Source: an uncultured delta proteobacterium (GTDB lineage: Bacteria > Myxococcota > B64-G9). From it: 64,000 nt of DNA. Of this stretch, positions 58,547 through 64,000 are shown in pieces (position 1 is the first letter of the stretch; every line of letters starts with the position of its first letter). The notes below the pieces were generated by a model. That model did not search any database, was not told where the DNA came from, and was given only the letters and a program-made list of their open reading frames with translations. The position numbers were made by a program, and so were the translations under genes. The stretch spans positions 96,001 through 160,000 of the forward strand of contig CAVWHX010000011.1 of assembly GCA_963754925.1 (NCBI GenBank), given 5' to 3'.

Positions 58547-59764
58547 TCAGTCAGCGGTTGTAAGCCCTTCTGCGATGTTATCAAGAGCCATTTCGATCCT
58601 TCCGCCCGTTGCCATGTTGCGGGGCATCATGAGGATCATCTCTATTGTGTTGTTCGATCCGGACAAGCTCATGCTGAAGGGAAGAATCGGCGCGCAAACG
58701 GGAACCAAGAAATAGGTATGCGCGGTAAAGTCCCCGCAAGAATAGACGGCGTTGTCCATTTTACCCAGGTTTGACACAAAACCGGAGTAACGATACCGGC
58801 CCGAACGTCTATCGCGCGATCCTTCGTTCCTGATGGCCCAGGCCAGAATCCGAATCGGCACATAGCGAATCAACGCTTCCCAGGAGATGGTTCCGTCAGA
58901 CGTACCTGAAAATCGCCGGGTCACTTCATCCATAATGCCCTCGGCCGTTGCGCTCTTGGGTATGTCGATGATGAGCGCATTGGTGAGGTTGCCGGTGGAG
59001 CGCAGGCCCGGCCGCCGTTGCCGCAAGTCTGTGGGCGCGCCGATACAGACATAACCCTCGCCCCGCCGCCATGCTTCCCGAGCGGTCAGCAGCATCACCT
59101 GGCCGAGGAGCTTGGGAAACCTCCCGGTTATCGTTTTACGCTTCCAGACGAGGTCGATGGCATCCCCGTCGGCTTGACCCGTCGGGGCGATATACTGGTG
59201 GTGGCTCGGTTCGCTCCATCTCCCTTTCCGCAGGTTCAGCAGATCATTTTCGATCGTGACGTACTCGGAGCCCAGCGGCTCCTCACGGCGGAGGACCCGG
59301 AATATATCTTCCGCCCAGGTGATGGTTCCCCGCCCGTCCATGATGGCATGATGGCTTCTGAAGGCAACCCGCGCGGGGTTCCCCTGCATCAACAGGACTT
59401 CGCTGGTAGGGCCCTTCCGGGGATTGAAGCCCCGCTTGAGAAAGGGCGCTCCCTCAGACCCCCGGCCATCCCAGGATGAACCGTCAACGTCTCGAATCGG
59501 CGGACTCTGGCCCGAATCGACCAATCTGCTTGTGGCAAGACATCCCCTGAGGATAAGGCGGGCGCCCCGGTTGGCCTCGGATGCTTTTTGCACGGCCATG
59601 CGCCATCGTTCGATATTAAAATTCCCCGTGCCTTCAACAATGACCTGGTTCGCAAAGGGTGCGGTAACCCTATCGGTCGCGACCCATAACCGCGCCGCTA
59701 TCGAAAGGGGCCTGGTCGGGGATTGGTCGTCAGAACTATGAGCGATTGCCGCGGGGTCCTCCAT
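58547..59764 (-). CDS. Stand-alone condensation-fold protein, copy 1
   Basis: FRSHHAIMDGRG, APTDLR, SNLG. Confidence 0.8.
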   Translation of the reverse strand: MEDPAAIAHSSDDQSPTRPLSIAARLWVATDRVTAPFANQVIVEGTGNFNIERWRMAVQKASEANRGARLILRGCLATSRLVDSGQSPPIRDVDGSSWDGRGSEGAPFLKRGFNPRKGPTSEVLLMQGNPARVAFRSHHAIMDGRGTITWAEDIFRVLRREEPLGSEYVTIENDLLNLRKGRWSEPSHHQYIAPTGQADGDAIDLVWKRKTITGRFPKLLGQVMLLTAREAWRRGEGYVCIGAPTDLRQRRPGLRSTGNLTNALIIDIPKSATAEGIMDEVTRRFSGTSDGTISWEALIRYVPIRILAWAIRNEGSRDRRSGRYRYSGFVSNLGKMDNAVYSCGDFTAHTYFLVPVCAPILPFSMSLSGSNNTIEMILMMPRNMATGGRIEMALDNIAEGLTTAD

Positions 59765-59778
59765 AGCTCACCGGATAC

Positions 59779-60819
59779 TTAGTCGACTCTTCTTCTTTCA
59801 CGAACCCGACGCTCCCCAACTCGTCTATTGACACCGTGAGCGTCACACCCGGCATTATGAATTCTTCTATCGGCCTTCCGTCTGTCATGGGTTCTTCTGT
59901 CGATAAACTTTCCGTCGATAAGCCTGATTCTCGTCAACGGGGGCCTTGTTTCTAGATTCGCTATCTTTCTGAGAAGGCCCAGTTTTTTGTTCGACAGGGC
60001 CTGCATCCCGAAAAACGAAAGCGCACAGGCCCGTACAAAGAAATACGCGAGCCGTTTCCTGACCACTATCATGAACGCAAACGCATCGCCGCGCTTGGCA
60101 TGGTCGAACTCGGGGGGCATCCGATTCTTCACGGCCTCGAGAAATTGATATTCTTTTTTTCTCCAGTCGAGGCGCTGAGATACGGGAAAGAGGTTTTTCA
60201 CACAGAAGGGACATTGGGCGTCAACCAGTTCAAAATTCTTTTTCACCAAATAGGCCCGATGAACATTGATCAGGTCTGTCGATGGATAAAACGAGTTGTC
60301 CAGTATCCGGGTGACATATTTGTTCTTGAAGTAGTTGTTTACCACCTTTGGATTACTGGATATCGATACCATGACAAATTTTTTCACGGCGCTGTCCACG
60401 CCGATGGTTTTGATGAACCACCACATAGTGGCCGAAACAATGTTCCGCGCTATTTTTTTCCCTTGAAACGACCTGCGGACCATCGCTTCATCGATCGTAT
60501 AGAAGCAATATTCATTGATCAGCATGAGCGAGACCAGACTGAATCCGACGATCTGCCCGTCTTTTTCGGCATATACCAAGAGGTCGCTTTTCTTGATGTA
60601 ATCAAAAAAGTCTTCCTGCGCCCTCCAGGTATCGCTCTCAACAACCTCGCAACCGCTGACTATTTCCTCGATACTCGCGAAATCTGAATCCCTGAGATCA
60701 ATTGCATAATAACTAAAGCCTTTATAACTCAATAGGAAATTCTCAGAACAGGTAACGGGCACCTGCGTCGGTTTTTCTGTTTCAACTGTTCTGGTAATAA
60801 CTTCTTGTACAAGTTTCAT
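59779..60819 (-). CDS. GNAT-fold acyltransferase-like protein with an Arg-rich tail
   Basis: IVGFS...EAMVRRSFQGKKIAR (motif A-like); C-terminal DRR/ERR repeats. Confidence 0.65.
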   Translation of the reverse strand: MKLVQEVITRTVETEKPTQVPVTCSENFLLSYKGFSYYAIDLRDSDFASIEEIVSGCEVVESDTWRAQEDFFDYIKKSDLLVYAEKDGQIVGFSLVSLMLINEYCFYTIDEAMVRRSFQGKKIARNIVSATMWWFIKTIGVDSAVKKFVMVSISSNPKVVNNYFKNKYVTRILDNSFYPSTDLINVHRAYLVKKNFELVDAQCPFCVKNLFPVSQRLDWRKKEYQFLEAVKNRMPPEFDHAKRGDAFAFMIVVRKRLAYFFVRACALSFFGMQALSNKKLGLLRKIANLETRPPLTRIRLIDGKFIDRRTHDRRKADRRIHNAGCDAHGVNRRVGERRVRERRRVD

Positions 60820-60848
60820 GTGATCTACCTCTCATTTCTATACGGTGG

Positions 60849-61982
60849 TTACTTCACGTCCTGATCATAAGAATCACCCTGCCTCTGCAGGAGGACGATC
60901 TGGTTCTTGCGCTTCGTTGGTGGAAGCACTAGCTGCACCGCCTTTGAAAATATCCTATAGTTGCCATATAAATAATCAGCCCGTGGATAGGCGCCCGGTT
61001 CGTTGCTGTTGTGCCACGTCCTGAAAGATAGTAATTGGTATACCTTATTCCTACTGGTCGGTATACCCGTGAAATAGAACGGTTGAGTATCATGGTCGTT
61101 TTGACGCGGCTGGTATAGGAGGGTGCCTTTTGCTTCTCCGGCGTTTTTCAGGTGGTCCGCGTTGTTCTCTCGATATTTTTTAAACAGGCCGTCTAACTGC
61201 CGTAATGTCATGCGGCAACCGATTTCATGAGGCCAAAACCCCGCATCATCGATTGAAATGCCGTATGAGCCTTTATACACAAGGGTATTTATCGCGTCAT
61301 TGAGCTTCATCAAAAACAGCGCCACTGGGGAAAAACGCGACTCCCAGAAGGAACCGATCATCCGGACAACATAGTCGATGAGCTGGCGGGCGGAATATGA
61401 GCGCCGTCTTACATACTCTCGTTGCAACCTCACCATTCTCGAGTATATGGCCGTATGGTTAGTGCCGACCGCTCCTCCTTCGAAATTGATAATCTTTTTC
61501 GTGAAGCTTAATATCGCATAATCCCCAAACATCCCCAGGGGTTTCCCCTTGTACAGCGAAAAGGGCGCGTGCGCCAGGTCCTCAATAACGACCAGATTAT
61601 GCTTTTTAGCAACGGCGCAAATCGTCTCGATGTCCGCAACCATGCCGTAGGTATGCACGACATAGATGGCCTTGGTGCGATCCGTGATTGAAGCGATTAT
61701 TTTTTCAGGATCGATATTGATGCCATTTTCTTCGGCATCGACGGGGACCGGTACGTGACCGGCCGCGGTAATGGTGTGTTTGATTATCGGGCACGTGAAG
61801 GCGGGGATGATGACCTCGGCGCGGCGATCCCACTGCAACGCTTTCAACAGCAGAAAAAACCCGTTCCTTGCGTATCCCGTGATGAGATAGTGCCGAAGCG
61901 GCAGCATCTCCGTAAGCTTTTCTCCAAGCCTCTCCGCCGCGGTTTTTTCCTTGATACTGCTGTCTTTTCTAAAACTGATCAT
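60849..61982 (-). CDS. DegT/DnrJ/EryC1/StrS-family PLP aminotransferase-like protein
   Basis: EVIIPAFTC, ITDRTKAIYVVHTYG, VIEDLAHA, SFTKK...EGGA. Confidence 0.82.
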   Translation of the reverse strand: MISFRKDSSIKEKTAAERLGEKLTEMLPLRHYLITGYARNGFFLLLKALQWDRRAEVIIPAFTCPIIKHTITAAGHVPVPVDAEENGINIDPEKIIASITDRTKAIYVVHTYGMVADIETICAVAKKHNLVVIEDLAHAPFSLYKGKPLGMFGDYAILSFTKKIINFEGGAVGTNHTAIYSRMVRLQREYVRRRSYSARQLIDYVVRMIGSFWESRFSPVALFLMKLNDAINTLVYKGSYGISIDDAGFWPHEIGCRMTLRQLDGLFKKYRENNADHLKNAGEAKGTLLYQPRQNDHDTQPFYFTGIPTSRNKVYQLLSFRTWHNSNEPGAYPRADYLYGNYRIFSKAVQLVLPPTKRKNQIVLLQRQGDSYDQDVK

Positions 61983-62005
61983 GGTACCTCAATCGGGTGT
62001 GGGCT

Positions 62006-63052
62006 CTATTGAATCACCGGCTGGTACGTGCTGTTGATCTGTACGTATTTACAATTGACCTGTGCGATTTTTTTGTTGCTAATCACTACTTCGAGTATCA
62101 TCCCTTTTGTCTGAGCAGCGCCGTTCTGGTCGGAAATGAAATTCCCGAGTGATTGGGCGATATAGTTATTCATGTACACCATGACCGGTTGTATCACTTG
62201 GGGATAATGACCAACGGTTAGGTCTGCTCCCTGATCTATGCAGTAGTGCGCGAATTCATCCTGGTCAGCATTCGGGATGTTTGTGCCTTGTGTGCCCATG
62301 TGCAGCGAAACAATGACCACATCGGCTTGTTGTTTTGCCTGAATGATTGCCGGGCCGACATAGGTCTCATAAAACCACGCAACTCCCGTTTGTGCGGTGA
62401 GCCCCTGGGTGGAATCATCCTGCTGGGCGCGGACGGAAGTTTCCGTCCCCTCGTTGGTGACGGTGGTAAATGCGAGAAGGGCTACCGTGGTTCCTTTTAC
62501 ATTAAAATATTTTGCGGTGTACGATTCATCAAAACTGCCTCCGCCGACATACGATATTCCTGCGTTTTTCAAACGCTGTAGGCTGTCATCGAACCCTGCC
62601 CTTCCGTAATCGAAGGCGTGGTCATTGGCGACGGATACGACATCGATGCCCGCATAGGTTAAGCCGTTTATGGCGGCCGGGTCAGCCTCGAAAGCGGTGC
62701 CATTTGAGACGGCGGTTGGATCCGCCGCCGTTCCGGCGTCGCTTATGATGCTCTCCAGATTCAAAAATGCCAGGTCGGCATTCCGCAGATAGTCACCGAC
62801 ATATTGAAACGGGTATTGGTAGCTGCCGCCGCCGTTGTTGATGACAGCATTTTTGACCCCGCGGGCCAGAATGGTATCGCCGGCGAATACCAGCTGGCTG
62901 GTATCATCAGGGGTGGTGGTTCCCGTTCCGGTGCCTGTTCCGGTTCCTGTTCCTGTTCCGGTTCCGGTACCGGTTCCGGTGCTCGGGGTGCATACGAAAG
63001 CCAGGTTGGGCAGTATTAATACGATTGCCGAAATAACCCAGATTTTTTTCAT
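62006..63052 (-). CDS. CapA/PGA_cap metallophosphatase-fold exported protein
   Basis: FAGD, NLE, VANDHAFDYG, SLHMG, GHYPQV, SLGNF; signal peptide followed by a (TG)10 linker. Confidence 0.82.
   Translation of the reverse strand: MKKIWVISAIVLILPNLAFVCTPSTGTGTGTGTGTGTGTGTGTGTTTPDDTSQLVFAGDTILARGVKNAVINNGGGSYQYPFQYVGDYLRNADLAFLNLESIISDAGTAADPTAVSNGTAFEADPAAINGLTYAGIDVVSVANDHAFDYGRAGFDDSLQRLKNAGISYVGGGSFDESYTAKYFNVKGTTVALLAFTTVTNEGTETSVRAQQDDSTQGLTAQTGVAWFYETYVGPAIIQAKQQADVVIVSLHMGTQGTNIPNADQDEFAHYCIDQGADLTVGHYPQVIQPVMVYMNNYIAQSLGNFISDQNGAAQTKGMILEVVISNKKIAQVNCKYVQINSTYQPVIQ
62921..62980 (-). repeat. 6-bp coding tandem repeat, (Thr-Gly)10
   Basis: ACN-GGN repeated 10 times with synonymous variation. 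Confidence 0.95.
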
Positions 63053-63984
63053 GAGACTTCTCCTTGTAACAAACTTGCTTTGTATTTATAAGAAACTCTT
63101 TTTGTGATAATACCGTAATAAAAGGCACCGATAATCCCCCGCAAAAGTATAATAGACGCTGAATAGGTAAGGCTGAACGCAAGTATTTGCGCCGGCGTGC
63201 CATAGTCTTTAAAGAGAATAAGCATGGCCGCTTGTGACGTTCCCAGCCCAAAGGCAGATATGGGAATGCTGATAACCAGTAAAATGACCGAGACAAAGGT
63301 AATCATTTCGGCAAACGGTATATGCATGTTAAAAGCTCTGACGGCCAAGAAAAAAAAGACGACAAAGGTTGCGTAGAATCCGCACCTATAAACCGTAGTT
63401 ATGAAAAAGGTTCTCACCGGACTTTCGATAAATAGTTTCATCATCTCACTCTGCTTTATCTTCTTTATGAATGATTTTTCAGGGAGCAGCCTCAAGATTA
63501 TTGTTGATATAATGGTAAGCGCCAATAGTACCGTAGCGACCAAGGCTATATTTGACAACAGCGTCGAAAGCGCACCGGTTACTGCCGCTACGAGCCATCC
63601 GGCGATGGCCATGACGAGCACGGACACCTGGGTAATATAGTTTAGGAACAGCATGCACCCCGTCCCGCGGGTGATCGCGATGCCTTTATACTTATTTAGA
63701 TAATACACGATGCTGCCCATGCCCAGGGTGTAATCAATGATCATCAGTAGGTACGACGCGCCCCTAATGATTATGCTGTCAGGGAAGGGAATGGCGTTAT
63801 GAGAATACCTCAAGATTGCATGCAGGTTCTGCGTATCAGCGAGGAAATTCAGCAGTATGAAAGCCACAAGCACCGTCAGGTACAGTGCTACGTGCGCATG
63901 AGAAAGAGCATCCAACAGGGGATCAATTTCAATACTCCAAATAAGGTAGGCAAGGATAGCGGCACCCACAAACCAGGGAAGCAT
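63049..63984 (-). CDS. LPG-synthase-TM / flippase-like membrane protein (5' end probably outside the window)
   Basis: About 8 TM helices, ISIPISAFGLGTSQAA motif; ATGA overlap with the CapA gene; frame is open to the window edge. Confidence 0.75.
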   Translation of the reverse strand: MLPWFVGAAILAYLIWSIEIDPLLDALSHAHVALYLTVLVAFILLNFLADTQNLHAILRYSHNAIPFPDSIIIRGASYLLMIIDYTLGMGSIVYYLNKYKGIAITRGTGCMLFLNYITQVSVLVMAIAGWLVAAVTGALSTLLSNIALVATVLLALTIISTIILRLLPEKSFIKKIKQSEMMKLFIESPVRTFFITTVYRCGFYATFVVFFFLAVRAFNMHIPFAEMITFVSVILLVISIPISAFGLGTSQAAMLILFKDYGTPAQILAFSLTYSASIILLRGIIGAFYYGIITKRVSYKYKASLLQGEVS

Positions 63985-64000
63985 CCTCTTGATGAAATGG

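Noticed and set aside
62835..63296. (VP)n and (RN)n repeat ORFs
   Set aside because: Alternative-frame readings of the Thr-Gly repeat
1..64000. tRNA, rRNA or prophage genes
   Set aside because: None recognised by eye; tRNAscan-SE or Infernal would be needed to exclude small RNAs

Overview
Bacterial chromosomal window, probably from a Myxococcota/deltaproteobacterial-type organism (inferred from PEGA, DUF4159+vWA, GAF, kelch and Cys-rich lipoproteins and a Ser/Thr kinase with a DUF4388-like domain). Housekeeping genes (tex, aspS, pyrD/pyrK, rimI, trxA) are interleaved with accessory blocks. (1) 0.3-6.2 kb: a Cys-rich lipoprotein gene split by an IS3-family element, followed by a 3.7-kb IS1-like transposon with 19-bp terminal inverted repeats, an 8-bp target duplication and AT-rich cargo, including a small-protein plus retropepsin pair. 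(2) Short non-autonomous elements with ends resembling that transposon, two of them with 8-bp target duplications, plus nested REP-like hairpin families. (3) A patch of damaged genes at 8-20 kb. (4) Three tandem alpha/beta-hydrolase-like lipoprotein paralogs with homologous promoters. (5) A pgsB-pgsC-pgsW poly-gamma-glutamate operon. (6) At 55.8-64 kb, the best candidate for an undescribed system: a co-oriented cluster of a flippase-like membrane protein, a divergent CapA, a DegT-like aminotransferase, a GNAT with an Arg-rich tail and three stand-alone HHxxxDG condensation-fold acyltransferases. No rRNA, tRNA or CRISPR array was seen. Family assignments come from motif recognition only; no database search was run.
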